Shown here: in pieces, positions 19,521 to 29,114 of the stretch
Layout of the letters: every line of letters starts with the position of its first letter
Numbering within the stretch: the first letter of the stretch is position 1
Source: Patescibacteria group bacterium
GTDB lineage: Bacteria; Patescibacteriota; Microgenomatia; UBA1400; PJMF01
Reading direction: 5' to 3'
Assembly (NCBI GenBank): GCA_039934415.1
Contig: JBDTME010000006.1
Coordinates: 17,206 to 81,205, forward strand
Length of the DNA: 64,000 bases
Translations under genes and position numbers: made by a program
The notes under the pieces: generated by a model
Told to the model about the DNA's origin: nothing
The model's database searches: none
What the model saw: the letters and a program-made list of their open reading frames with translations, nothing else

Positions 19521-20729
19521 TTGCTTGGATGTTACAATACCTGTATGTTTCAAGGTAGATATATTTTAGGGTTAGTGGCATGTATTGTGCTAGGTTTGGG
19601 TGCGGCTTCATTTTTCTTGCGATTTTTTCCTTCATTGCTTTTACCGGAGAGTCCAGTTCTTCACACGCTAGGGGTGAGAAAACCAATTGTGAATGGATTC
19701 TTGCCCTACTGGTTATTAACAAAAGCAACACCTGAGTCACTTCGCCAGCTCAATAAAATTACGTACTTTGGTTTAGAGATCGATTCTGATGGGACTTTAG
19801 TTGACAAAAGTACTCCGCAAGAAGCGGAACCTGGTTGGCACAAATTAGCGAATGGTGATTTTACTCAAATAGTCTCTCCGCTGAAGGGAAACTCTGATTA
19901 TTCATTACTGTTGCATCAAAGTAATGAAGCAAGTATTAGTGCTTTGCTCAGTGAACCTGTGGTGCATGCTGGTAACTTAGTGAGCGCCGTTGAACCGCTC
20001 ATGAAACAGCATGGATTTACAGACTTAAATATTGATATTGAGAGTTTTCGCACAGCATCCCCAGAAGCTCAAGTCAGAATGAGCACTTTTTTAAGAGAAG
20101 TAAAAGCCCAGTTGAATATACGAAAGTTGGGAACATTAACTACTGAGCTGACAGTTGCCTCACTGGTCAAACAGGCTTTGATGAATCCAACTGAGATTGG
20201 AGAAATTTCTGATCATGTTGTTTTAATGGCGTATGATTTTCGATACACTGGCTCCTTCACATCTGGTGCAGTTGCTCCCATTGGAGGAGCAGGTGAAAAA
20301 ATAGAGTACGATATTGTGAAAAGTGTGCAGCTGGCTTCCCAAGTCATACCAAGTGAGAAGTTACAGTTGGGCATTCCACTCTATGGATATGAGTGGGAAA
20401 CATTGAGCTATGATCCAGAAAGTCCGGTGGTACCTGGGACTGGCAAAACGGCTACTTCTAATCGCATATCAGAGCTCTTGAAAACTTGTACTGACTGTAT
20501 TACTGGTCGTGACGAATTGACCGGTTCACCTTATCTAATACTCCCTCCAAATGAAGACAGTGCTGTCCAGCAAATTTATTACGAAGATCAAGAATCTATT
20601 CAAAAAAAGTTAGATTTAGCAAAGCAGTATAAATTAGGTGGCGTTGCGTTTTGGGCAATCGGCTACGAGACTCCCGAGTTACTTACTCCAATCAGAAAAT
20701 ATGTTAACGAGTACGAACTACTCTTTTAA
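19521..20729 (+). CDS. Membrane-anchored glycoside hydrolase family 18-like protein (chitinase/peptidoglycan hydrolase fold)
   Basis: N-terminal TM helix; GH18 blocks DLNIDIE (DxxDxDxE-like catalytic region), LMAYDFRYTG (MxYD) and GGVAFWAIGYE. Confidence 0.6.
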   Translation: MLGCYNTCMFQGRYILGLVACIVLGLGAASFFLRFFPSLLLPESPVLHTLGVRKPIVNGFLPYWLLTKATPESLRQLNKITYFGLEIDSDGTLVDKSTPQEAEPGWHKLANGDFTQIVSPLKGNSDYSLLLHQSNEASISALLSEPVVHAGNLVSAVEPLMKQHGFTDLNIDIESFRTASPEAQVRMSTFLREVKAQLNIRKLGTLTTELTVASLVKQALMNPTEIGEISDHVVLMAYDFRYTGSFTSGAVAPIGGAGEKIEYDIVKSVQLASQVIPSEKLQLGIPLYGYEWETLSYDPESPVVPGTGKTATSNRISELLKTCTDCITGRDELTGSPYLILPPNEDSAVQQIYYEDQESIQKKLDLAKQYKLGGVAFWAIGYETPELLTPIRKYVNEYELLF

Positions 20730-21366
20730 TGTCGTCATATATTATTTTTTCTCCGCTCTTTATTTCTGAAGTTTGAGTTTGGTTATTTGTGTCGATATAA
20801 CCTACCCGGCCTGTACCCTCTATTACATTGAAGTCAATTAATTTTTCATCTGGATCTACACTAAGTCGTGCTTTTCCTTGCGAAAGTGAGAAGAGGGCAT
20901 GCAAGCTACGCGCGGAAATCGTAGCAACTTGTTCATCAGTTTGGTACTCAACCGTACCTTTGTCTTGTTTCACCAAAAAGTTTTTAGGATTGGTACTAGG
21001 AAAAGCCAAGATTGTATCGGGAAAAATTGAAAATAAATCTTCTTGAGCAAACCGAACATCAAGTGTGCCGCTTTCGCTTGCCGTGATTTGTTCCCCTTCT
21101 AGAACAAAACCGTTGATTTTAATTATGGAGGGATCATCAGCTTTTCGAGTGAGTTGAGTTGCTCCACCCTTAATTCGCATCACTTTTCCGGTCAACGATT
21201 GATGTGGTGGGTCGAGTTTGAAATCAAGAGTGGCTGGAGTGAATATTGGCTTTGTTGGAACAATGGTTTTCACTCTGCTCATTCTAAAACCGATAACCGC
21301 AGCTGCACTGATAACAAAGAACAGAATACAGAAAAAGACATACAGAATTTTTTTCATTTCATTCAT
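20704..21366 (-). CDS. Single-pass membrane protein with FecR-like extracytoplasmic domain (tentative)
   Basis: N-terminal TM helix plus a beta-rich domain. The FecR resemblance is weak. Convergent 26-nt overlap with the GH18 gene. Confidence 0.3.
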   Translation of the reverse strand: MNEMKKILYVFFCILFFVISAAAVIGFRMSRVKTIVPTKPIFTPATLDFKLDPPHQSLTGKVMRIKGGATQLTRKADDPSIIKINGFVLEGEQITASESGTLDVRFAQEDLFSIFPDTILAFPSTNPKNFLVKQDKGTVEYQTDEQVATISARSLHALFSLSQGKARLSVDPDEKLIDFNVIEGTGRVGYIDTNNQTQTSEIKSGEKIIYDDIKRVVRTR

Positions 21367-21420
21367 TTTATCAGAAAGCCAAGGTATTGACGGCTTCTGT
21401 TATAATCGCCTTATTCTCTA

Positions 21421-21924
21421 ATGACCAACTCTCAGATTGAAAAACTAGCTGAAAAGGTTTTTGCCAAACTTGGTGACGTGATTCCTGTCGATATGATTAA
21501 AGCAGCGCGGCTTCATGACATTGATGTTTTTGTCACACACATGGAGAAAACGGTAGGTGCAACTCCGAGTGGAATTTTGGTCGAACAGCAAAAAAAATGG
21601 GCGATTCTACTCAATATTGATGATACTTTGACTCGACAACGATTCACCATTGCTCACGAAATCGGTCATTTTCTAATACACAAAGGAAAGCAGTTTGTTG
21701 ATGAGTTCACTGCTGGCGAAACTTTTTATCGTGACGGTTCGGACAATGAAGAAGAACAAGAAGCGAATTACTTTGCAGCGTGCCTATTAATGCCTGAGGA
21801 AGAAGTAGAGAGAATATGGCCACAGTGCAAGGATCCGAAAGACGCAGCGGTTCGTTTCAAAGTGTCAGAAGTTTCAATGACGTATCGGCTTAAAAAATTA
21901 GGTTTGATAACTGTTGAGGAATAG
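21421..21924 (+). CDS. ImmA/IrrE-family zinc metallopeptidase (DUF955)
   Basis: HEXXH in FTIAHEIGHFLIH with the downstream conserved E/A-rich region typical of ImmA/IrrE. Confidence 0.75.
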   Translation: MTNSQIEKLAEKVFAKLGDVIPVDMIKAARLHDIDVFVTHMEKTVGATPSGILVEQQKKWAILLNIDDTLTRQRFTIAHEIGHFLIHKGKQFVDEFTAGETFYRDGSDNEEEQEANYFAACLLMPEEEVERIWPQCKDPKDAAVRFKVSEVSMTYRLKKLGLITVEE

Positions 21925-21926
21925 CA

Positions 21927-22367
21927 ATGGTTGAACCAAATGACCAACAAATTATTCAGAGTGCTCAAAAACTACTGAGTTCACGTAGAGAGATTGCTAC
22001 TGCTTCTGTTCTGCCAACCCACACTCCTGATTTATCCTTTTCGGCATCCAGTCTCGTTGATGAAAAAGATTTGGAAACACTCAAAAAAAGACAAGAGATC
22101 GCTCAACAAGACAAGCGTTTTGAGGCAGAGATGGAGCAACGACGCATTGATAGAGAACTAAAAAAAGCGATTGCAAATCTAGTTTTTCGTTTTTTGGCAA
22201 CGGAGACAGGGGCTTTATTTATAGTTGTCCTGATTCAAGGTTTTTCTCCTTGGGGGTTTCATTTAGAAGATTCTACAATTAATATTTTTCTCGGGGCAAC
22301 ATTGTTGCAAATTTCTTCTATGGCCGTCATTATTACTCGTCACTTATATCCGACTTCTCCGGCCTAA
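21927..22367 (+). CDS. Hypothetical membrane protein (146 aa)
   Basis: ORF with a charged coiled N-terminus and two C-terminal TM helices. Start lies 3 nt after the ImmA stop. Confidence 0.3.
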   Translation: MVEPNDQQIIQSAQKLLSSRREIATASVLPTHTPDLSFSASSLVDEKDLETLKKRQEIAQQDKRFEAEMEQRRIDRELKKAIANLVFRFLATETGALFIVVLIQGFSPWGFHLEDSTINIFLGATLLQISSMAVIITRHLYPTSPA

Positions 22368-22396
22368 TTTAGCCGCTGAAATGTTACAATAACGAC

Positions 22397-23641
22397 ATGT
22401 TTTCAATAGAACAACTCAAAAGAGATTTTCCTATCCTGTCCAAAAAAATCCACGAAAAGCGATTGGTGTATTTAGATAACGCTGCCACGTCCCAGAAGCC
22501 AAAACAAGTCATCGAGGCAATCGTCAATTACTATGAAAATCATAATGCAAACGTGCATCGTGGCGTTCATCAACTTGCGGAGGAAAGTACCCAAGTGTTT
22601 GAAGACAGTCGAAAAGTTATCTCCCGTTTTTTTGGTGCAGATGATGAAGAGCTCATTTTGGTGCGCAATACCACTGAAGCAATCAATGGCGTGGCGTATG
22701 GTTGGGCACTGGATCACCTGAAAAAAGGTGACGTTGTTGTGACCACCGAGATGGAACATCACAGTAATATTGTTCCATGGCAAGAAATCTGTAAACGAAC
22801 CGGTGCCACACTTCAGTTTGTGAAAGTGGACGAAAATGGCAGATTAGATTGGAAAAGTTTTAATTTTTCTTTACTGGTCAAACTTGTCGTCCTCACTCAT
22901 GTTTCAAATACTTTAGGCACCCTCAATCCAATTGAGAAGATGATTAAAAAGATGAAAAGTCAGAATAAGGACATTAAAATCTTAGTGGACGGAGCTCAAT
23001 CAGCTCCTCACTTGAAGATAGACTTTCATCAACTTGATATTGATTTTTTCATTTTTTCAGGACACAAAATGCTTGGCCCTATGGGTATTGGGGGTTTGCT
23101 CGTTAAGAAAGAGTTGGTGACAACAAACGAGTTGAAACCTTGGTTGTTTGGAGGAGGCATGATCGAGAGCGTCTACGAAGACCACACAAATTTTAATGAG
23201 AGTCCGCAAGATCGATTTACTGCAGGAACTCCAGATGTTGCTTCGACTGTCGGGTTAGCTGCAGCTTGCAATTACCTATCCAAGTTGGACATGCATGAGG
23301 TTGAACTTCACGATCGAGAGCTCGTTGCATACGCTATTAAAAGACTTAGTGAGTTTTCTCAAATCAAAATTGTGGGACCGACTACGAGCAGCACTGATAC
23401 TTTGGATCGGATTGGTTCAGTCGCTTTCCTGTACGAAGGCGTTCATCCACACGATATCGCACAAGTCCTTGATAGTCAGGGAGTAGAAGTGCGAAGTGGC
23501 CATCATTGCACCATGCCGTTACATACTAAGTTTAACTGGCCAGGAACAACCCGAGTTAGCTTTCAAGTTTACAACACGCTTGAAGATGTTGATGTCTTAG
23601 TAGAATCGCTCAAAAAAGTGACAGACGTATTTGGCAAATAA
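22397..23641 (+). CDS. sufS: Cysteine desulfurase SufS
   Basis: Class V aminotransferase fold, PLP lysine region SGHKMLGPMGIG and catalytic Cys loop RSGHHCTMP. Confidence 0.9.
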   Translation: MFSIEQLKRDFPILSKKIHEKRLVYLDNAATSQKPKQVIEAIVNYYENHNANVHRGVHQLAEESTQVFEDSRKVISRFFGADDEELILVRNTTEAINGVAYGWALDHLKKGDVVVTTEMEHHSNIVPWQEICKRTGATLQFVKVDENGRLDWKSFNFSLLVKLVVLTHVSNTLGTLNPIEKMIKKMKSQNKDIKILVDGAQSAPHLKIDFHQLDIDFFIFSGHKMLGPMGIGGLLVKKELVTTNELKPWLFGGGMIESVYEDHTNFNESPQDRFTAGTPDVASTVGLAAACNYLSKLDMHEVELHDRELVAYAIKRLSEFSQIKIVGPTTSSTDTLDRIGSVAFLYEGVHPHDIAQVLDSQGVEVRSGHHCTMPLHTKFNWPGTTRVSFQVYNTLEDVDVLVESLKKVTDVFGK

Positions 23642-24020
23642 TATGGATTTATACCAAGAAATTATTCTTGATCACTATAAATATCCTCGCAATCAAGGTG
23701 AGCTTGCGCAGCATCAGCACGTATTGAGTTGCAGTGAATCAAATGTGGGATGTGGTGATGAGTTTTTGGTCGCGCTTTCTTTGGATAAAGCTGGACAAAA
23801 AATTGAAGACATTAAGTGGCAAGGTCAAGGCTGTGCAATTAGTACCGCGTCAATGAGTCTGTTATCTGAGTACGTAATCGGCAAAACAATTGAAGAAGTA
23901 AAGATAGTAGATAAGAATATTCTTTTAGAATTATTAGGATTGGATGAAATCACACCAGCTCGAGAAAAATGTATGATGCTAGGAGTGCGAGCTGTTCAAA
24001 GAGCTTTAGATCAAAAATAA
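23631..24020 (+). CDS. sufU: SufU/IscU-like Fe-S scaffold and sulfur-transfer protein
   Basis: Conserved Cys triad context (GCGDEF, QGCAIS, EKCMMLG) in a 129-aa IscU fold. Confidence 0.8.
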   Translation: MANNMDLYQEIILDHYKYPRNQGELAQHQHVLSCSESNVGCGDEFLVALSLDKAGQKIEDIKWQGQGCAISTASMSLLSEYVIGKTIEEVKIVDKNILLELLGLDEITPAREKCMMLGVRAVQRALDQK

Positions 24021-24021
24021 T

Positions 24022-24591
24022 ATGTTTTCCAACGACTTACATAAAACAGCAGAAATTATTCAAAATGGTGGTGTTGCTATTTTCCCAACCGATACAGTTT
24101 GGGGAATGGGATGCAGTATCGAAAATATAGATGCTATTGAAAAATTTTATGCGATTAAAAAAAGAGAATCAGATAAACCAACAGCGGTGTTAGTCGGTTC
24201 AGTTGACCAAGCAAAACAATACGGAATGTTCAATGATCAAGCACTTCTGTTAATGAAAGCGCATTGGCCAGGAGCTTTAACAATTGTTGTCCAGGCAACA
24301 GAGCGTGTTCCCCATTCCATCTTGGGACCGCAAAAAACAATTGGATTGCGATTGCCCAATTTTAAAATTGTGGAACAACTCACCCAGCTCACAAAATGCG
24401 GACTCGTTACTGGGAGTGCAAACTTTTCCGGCCAGCCGAGTCCATTTAAGAAAGCAGATCTAGATCCTGATCTTTTACAGTTAGTAGAAGCCGTAGTTGA
24501 AGGCGAATGCGGTGGACAGCCACCTTCGACGGTCGTGGATTGTACACAACAAGAATTAAAAATTCTGAGACAAGGAACAATCCAATTATGA
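24022..24591 (+). CDS. tsaC: L-threonylcarbamoyladenylate synthase (TsaC/YrdC family)
   Basis: YrdC signature GGVAIFPTDTVWGMGC and K/R-rich ATP site. Confidence 0.85.
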   Translation: MFSNDLHKTAEIIQNGGVAIFPTDTVWGMGCSIENIDAIEKFYAIKKRESDKPTAVLVGSVDQAKQYGMFNDQALLLMKAHWPGALTIVVQATERVPHSILGPQKTIGLRLPNFKIVEQLTQLTKCGLVTGSANFSGQPSPFKKADLDPDLLQLVEAVVEGECGGQPPSTVVDCTQQELKILRQGTIQL

Positions 24592-25265
24592 ATCAGGAAA
24601 TTGCAACAGAATTAGAATCAGTCCAATCACCGTTCTGTCGGTTTTATGTAGTTCGTCACGGAGAGAGTAAAGCTAATCTAGAAGGATACATAGCTGGCCA
24701 TCTGGATGCGCGGCTCACCTCTGTTGGAAAACAGCAAGCCAAAGAACGAGCTAAAGACTTATCAGAAATTCATTTTGAAGAAGCCTTTGCATCCGACTTA
24801 CTAAGGGCTCACCAAACAGCCAAAATTTTATCAACTCAACATAAGCTGATCGTCAAAACAACACAAGCAATTCGTGAGCGCTCATACGGAAAGTACGAAG
24901 GAACTCACTACGAAGAATTTAACGGCATCATGAAAGAGTTATTGCAAGAGTACGAGGGATTGCTGGAGGAAGAACAACGAAAACATCGCTTGGGTGGTGA
25001 GATTGAAAGTGATTATGAAATTTTTCAACGGTTAGCGCTATTCCTTCGTGAGTTAGCTGTTACTTATCCAGGAAAAAATATTTTAATTGTTTGCCATGGT
25101 GGCATCATGAGAGAGTTTTTGATTCAAATTGGTTTGGGTAACAGACAAGAATTTGGGCCAGGAGCAGTGTTGAATCTTGGCTACTTCGTAGTAGATTCTG
25201 ATGCTACTGAATTCTTTCTGAAAAAAACAGAAGGCATAGAAAAAGGCCAGCAGCGAGTAAAATAA
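24588..25265 (+). CDS. Histidine phosphatase family protein (PGM/CobC-like)
   Basis: RHGESKANL catalytic motif and downstream LRAHQTA/CHGG. Start moved to the ATG overlapping the tsaC stop (ATGA). Confidence 0.7.
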   Translation: MNQEIATELESVQSPFCRFYVVRHGESKANLEGYIAGHLDARLTSVGKQQAKERAKDLSEIHFEEAFASDLLRAHQTAKILSTQHKLIVKTTQAIRERSYGKYEGTHYEEFNGIMKELLQEYEGLLEEEQRKHRLGGEIESDYEIFQRLALFLRELAVTYPGKNILIVCHGGIMREFLIQIGLGNRQEFGPGAVLNLGYFVVDSDATEFFLKKTEGIEKGQQRVK

Positions 25266-25269
25266 ATGT

Positions 25270-25824
25270 ATGCACATCTTTGTTGGCTCAACGAACCCAG
25301 TCAAACTCAACGCGGTCGTATCAGCGGCTTCTGAAACTTGGCCAGACGTAATCATTGAAGGATTTGATGTCAAAAGTGGTGTGACTGATCAACCTCGTAG
25401 TGATGAAGAAACCAAAAAGGGTGCTGAAAATCGAGCGAAAGAGGCATTGAGAGTTGGACTGGCCAAACATTCAGCGCCAGTTCAGGTGTTGGGAATAGGT
25501 TTAGAGGGTGGTGTTTTTGAAAATGAACAACAAGAAATGTGGAATACAGTCTGGGCATGTGTTGTTGATCAAACTGGCAAAACCGTATTTGCAAACGGCG
25601 AGCGTTTTCATTTACCAGATTCATTAACCACACAAATTCGAGCAGGGAAAGAAATGGGACCAGCGATGGACGAATTGATTGGTTCAACGAATATCAAACA
25701 TCAACAAGGTATGATTGGTGTCATTACCGAGGGGTTTATTGATCGCACAGAGCTCTATGCGAACTTAGCAAAACTAGCCTTAGGGTTGTGGTCAGGTCAG
25801 GATTGGGAAACAAAAATCCGGTGA
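25270..25824 (+). CDS. yjjX: Inosine/xanthosine triphosphatase (YjjX family)
   Basis: MHIFVGSTNPVKLNAV...SGVTDQPRSDEETKKGAENRA aligns with the YjjX N-terminus, and IGVITEGFIDR with its C-terminus. Confidence 0.8.
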   Translation: MHIFVGSTNPVKLNAVVSAASETWPDVIIEGFDVKSGVTDQPRSDEETKKGAENRAKEALRVGLAKHSAPVQVLGIGLEGGVFENEQQEMWNTVWACVVDQTGKTVFANGERFHLPDSLTTQIRAGKEMGPAMDELIGSTNIKHQQGMIGVITEGFIDRTELYANLAKLALGLWSGQDWETKIR

Positions 25825-25895
25825 TATTTTTAGTTGTCTCTTTGAATATGAAGTTCTTTATGATAGAACTGGACAGTTATCAACAAATTTAATTT

Positions 25896-26612
25896 ATGCC
25901 AGTACCTAAAATCACCGCTGCTCTTTCTGACCGTCGTCAACTCACGGAAAAATTCGTGCAACTTTTTTTTGAGTTAAAAGAACCACACACCTTTCAATTT
26001 CAGGCAGGACAATATGCTTCACTAGGTTTTCCTGATAATCCACTGCGACGACCGTACTCTATTGCTTCAACGCCAGTGGAGGAGCATGGCTTCGAACTAC
26101 TGATTGATACAACCCCACAGGGAATTGGTACAAAGTATCTGATGAACTTACCACTGGGTGGTGAGGCGACCTTCCTAGCTCCAATGGGACTCTTCATGTT
26201 GGCAAAAGATGAACAGGCCAAAAAAGAAAAAGCACTAGTTTTTGTGGCAACAGGATCTGGAATTGCTCCATTTCGATCAATGGTAACTTGGCTTCTTCAA
26301 ACTCAAAATGATCAGCGAGAAATTTGGTTGTATTGGGGGCTACGTTACGAACAAGATATGTTCTGGGAAGAAGATTTTCAAGAACTAACACGAGCTTTCC
26401 CGAACTTTCATTTTCATGTCACATTGTCAAAAGCATCAGAAGAATGGCCACTGTGTAAAGGACACGTAACGGATTGTTTATCAATCCATGAGTTACCAGC
26501 AGAAGCCGGATACTATTTATGTGGCAGTAAACCAATGATTGAAGAGACCGTTGCATTGTTAGCCACGAAGGGGATTCCCAAAGAATCTGTACATCACGAA
26601 AAGTTTTATTAA
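25896..26612 (+). CDS. FAD/NAD(P)-binding oxidoreductase (ferredoxin-NADP reductase-like)
   Basis: RPYSIAS FAD-binding motif, GTGIAP-type NAD(P) motif (ATGSGIAP) and C-terminal YLCGSKPM. Confidence 0.75.
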   Translation: MPVPKITAALSDRRQLTEKFVQLFFELKEPHTFQFQAGQYASLGFPDNPLRRPYSIASTPVEEHGFELLIDTTPQGIGTKYLMNLPLGGEATFLAPMGLFMLAKDEQAKKEKALVFVATGSGIAPFRSMVTWLLQTQNDQREIWLYWGLRYEQDMFWEEDFQELTRAFPNFHFHVTLSKASEEWPLCKGHVTDCLSIHELPAEAGYYLCGSKPMIEETVALLATKGIPKESVHHEKFY

Positions 26613-26635
26613 AGCTTTCGTGAGAGGAGAACACT

Positions 26636-26899
26636 ATGACAGACCAACAGACACCAGCTGTTGTGCAAACTCAACAAATCGGTAAGTATCAAGTTAAAGT
26701 CATAAATGATAAGTGTATTGGAGCTGCATCATGTATCGCAATTGCTGACGCTGTTTTCAAGTTGAATGAACAAAATATCGCTGAAGTAATTTCACAGAAT
26801 GACACTGATGATAATAAATTGCTTGCAGCACAGAGTTGTCCTACCGCTGCGATTGAGGTAATAGATACTACGACAGGAGAACTTGTTTGGCCAAAGTGA
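26636..26899 (+). CDS. Small single-cluster ferredoxin
   Basis: CIGAASC ... SCPTAAI: a Cys-x5-Cys...Cys-Pro pattern with the middle Cys replaced by Ala, as in [3Fe-4S]/[4Fe-4S] monocluster ferredoxins. It follows the FNR-like gene. Confidence 0.55.
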   Translation: MTDQQTPAVVQTQQIGKYQVKVINDKCIGAASCIAIADAVFKLNEQNIAEVISQNDTDDNKLLAAQSCPTAAIEVIDTTTGELVWPK

Positions 26900-26952
26900 C
26901 GTTTATCTGCTTGATAAGCACCTGAAGCCATGTTATTCTCCCCAATAATAAA

Positions 26953-27669
26953 ATGAAAAATATTCCGCTTCTCATCGGCACCCTCGTAGGGACACTCGCA
27001 TTAGTCTTTGGTATTGCTTTTTTCTTTGGTCGTGCTGAAACTCCTGAAAGCGTTGATCCAACAAAATTTCGTACAGGTACGAATCATGTCTTAAGTGCTG
27101 AGCAAACGAGCTTTTCAGATATGGCAACACCTAGTGCTACTCCTGAAGCTTCCTCGAGTGATAACCAAGCCTCTCCATCCGCAGAAAAAAAGATCGTAAC
27201 AGTTGTGGAGTTTAGTGACCTCCAATGTCCGGCCTGCAAAATTGCGGCTCCCATTAGAGATCAGATTCGAGCTGCACATCCTGGTCAAGTGGAGTTTGTT
27301 TTCCATTACTATCCGCTCACCCAGATTCATGCCAATGCTTTATTAGCTGCACAAGCGGTCGAAGCAGCGAGTAAGTTTAATGAATTTTGGCAGTATCATG
27401 ATGTTTTATTTGAAAAACAGGAAGAATGGGCAGAGTTATCTTCAAATCAAGCAAAAGAGAAGCTGATACAATATGCTGTAGATCTCAAAATTGATAAAGA
27501 TGGCTTTACTCAAGAGCTGAATAGTGTTACAGTAAAATCCGCTGTTCAATCGGACATTAATTTAGGCAACGAAATTAATATATCAGCAACGCCGACTTTC
27601 TTTGTTGACGGCAAACAAGTCTCTGCTCCCGATGTTGCAAAAACCGTTTCCGATATTCTCGGAAGTTAA
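26953..27669 (+). CDS. DsbA-family thiol:disulfide oxidoreductase, membrane-anchored
   Basis: N-terminal TM helix and a thioredoxin fold with active site CPAC. Confidence 0.75.
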   Translation: MKNIPLLIGTLVGTLALVFGIAFFFGRAETPESVDPTKFRTGTNHVLSAEQTSFSDMATPSATPEASSSDNQASPSAEKKIVTVVEFSDLQCPACKIAAPIRDQIRAAHPGQVEFVFHYYPLTQIHANALLAAQAVEAASKFNEFWQYHDVLFEKQEEWAELSSNQAKEKLIQYAVDLKIDKDGFTQELNSVTVKSAVQSDINLGNEINISATPTFFVDGKQVSAPDVAKTVSDILGS

Positions 27670-27704
27670 CAAACCTCTATCTGCCCGGATTGGAAGTAAA
27701 TGTT

Positions 27705-28226
27705 ATGAAAAAATCAATGTCGTACGTGCTGCCCCTCGCAGCGTTAGCTATCTTAGGTTTTTTGGCCTTTCGTTGGTTAAGAAGTGAGCCAGGAAATCCC
27801 GGGAGTATCTCACCAACTGCAGAGTCAGCAGAAGGCATTGAGATCAGTGATCTCACCGGAAATGAATCAAAACCAACGGGTATGGTTGACACACAACGTG
27901 TTAAGTTAACCCAAACCACACCATCTGAAACTCCTGAGCAAGGTGAAGTTCGTTATAGTAAAACCGATGACAACGCGACTCGATTTACTGTGTCAGCAGA
28001 TTTACCAGAGCTCAAAGATAACAGTAGTTTTTATCAACTCTGGATGGAAGGTGACAAAGGTCGCAAGAAAGCCATGAAGCTGAGTTTTGAAAAAGGCGGT
28101 TATGTAAGTGAAGGCGTTTTATCTTCTAACTTTGATGAAGTTAAAATCATCATCTCTAAAGAAACAAAAGATGATGATCAAATGGAAGAAGTTCAGTTAG
28201 AGGGAACAATCAACTTAAAAAAGTAA
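27705..28226 (+). CDS. Secreted or membrane-anchored hypothetical protein
   Basis: Signal-peptide-like N-terminus (MKKSMSYVLPLAALAILGFLAF). No motif. Confidence 0.3.
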   Translation: MKKSMSYVLPLAALAILGFLAFRWLRSEPGNPGSISPTAESAEGIEISDLTGNESKPTGMVDTQRVKLTQTTPSETPEQGEVRYSKTDDNATRFTVSADLPELKDNSSFYQLWMEGDKGRKKAMKLSFEKGGYVSEGVLSSNFDEVKIIISKETKDDDQMEEVQLEGTINLKK

Positions 28227-28344
28227 GCGTTAAAAGGAACGTGAATGAGAATCCACTCTTGAAGAGTTTCTCGAGTGTGATACCATTAATAAATCGCGTT
28301 CAAGATTATATTCACTCTCCCAATTCGGAGAAAAAGGAGGATCT

Positions 28345-28569
28345 ATGGCAGCACAAGTAAACGCATTCGCGTATACTAACTCCAAAGGCCAGACATATTA
28401 TCTTCACACTCGTGAAGTGACCTTAAAGAACGGTCGAGTACAACGAATCTACTTTTTTGCCCGAGACGTTAGAGATGGTGCGCTTGAAGAAGTTCCAGAA
28501 GGTTATCAAGTTGTTGAAACACAACGTACTGGTATGCCTGTCTTGAAGAGAAATACACCAAAAGCATAA
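28345..28569 (+). CDS. Hypothetical small protein (74 aa)
   Basis: ORF with an AAGGAGG RBS upstream. Confidence 0.4.
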   Translation: MAAQVNAFAYTNSKGQTYYLHTREVTLKNGRVQRIYFFARDVRDGALEEVPEGYQVVETQRTGMPVLKRNTPKA

Positions 28570-28592
28570 TTGAGCTTTTTATAGCAATTCGA

Positions 28593-28619
28593 AAAATCCT
28601 CCTTTCAAGGGGGATTTTT
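28593..28619 (+). terminator. Putative intrinsic terminator
   Basis: AAAATCCTCC-loop-GGGGGATTTTT hairpin followed by a T-run. Confidence 0.45.
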
Positions 28620-28633
28620 GGTACAATACGCAT

Positions 28634-28954
28634 ATGATCACTAAACAACAGGTACTCGATTTAGTAAAAAAAGTGGAAGATCCTGAGTTGTATGTGAGTA
28701 TTGTAGATCTAGGATTGATCTATAATGTTGACGTTACCGAAGTGGATGGCCACCCTAAAGTAAAGATCACCATGACATTGACGACGCCTGGGTGTCCATT
28801 GGGTAGTACTATCAATATGATGATTAAGGATGCGCTGTTTCCACTCAAAGAACTGAACGTTGATAAAGATATTGAGATAGTAGTGACATTTGATCCACCT
28901 TGGACTGTCGAGATGATGAATGAAGAGTCTAGAGCAGAGTTAGGGTTCGATTAA
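28634..28954 (+). CDS. DUF59/MIP18-family Fe-S assembly protein (SufT-like)
   Basis: 106 aa with the PGCPL conserved Cys motif typical of DUF59/SufT. Confidence 0.7.
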   Translation: MITKQQVLDLVKKVEDPELYVSIVDLGLIYNVDVTEVDGHPKVKITMTLTTPGCPLGSTINMMIKDALFPLKELNVDKDIEIVVTFDPPWTVEMMNEESRAELGFD

Positions 28955-29114
28955 ACAGGAATTACCAATAAGAGTATCCTGCTTAATAAGAAGTGAGTAA
29001 CTTATATTGTTATGAACAATGTTCGTTTCAGTCTGGCTTTTGACTCTCGCCAGATCATTACGAACTGAATTTTTCGATTTGTAAAGTCTATCAAAAAATT
29101 CAAAAAGGGATGAT

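Noticed and set aside
24507-24587. Long N-terminal extension of the histidine phosphatase ORF
   Set aside because: It overlaps the tsaC 3' end. The conserved RHGES motif begins shortly after the ATG at 24588, which overlaps the tsaC stop (ATGA coupling).
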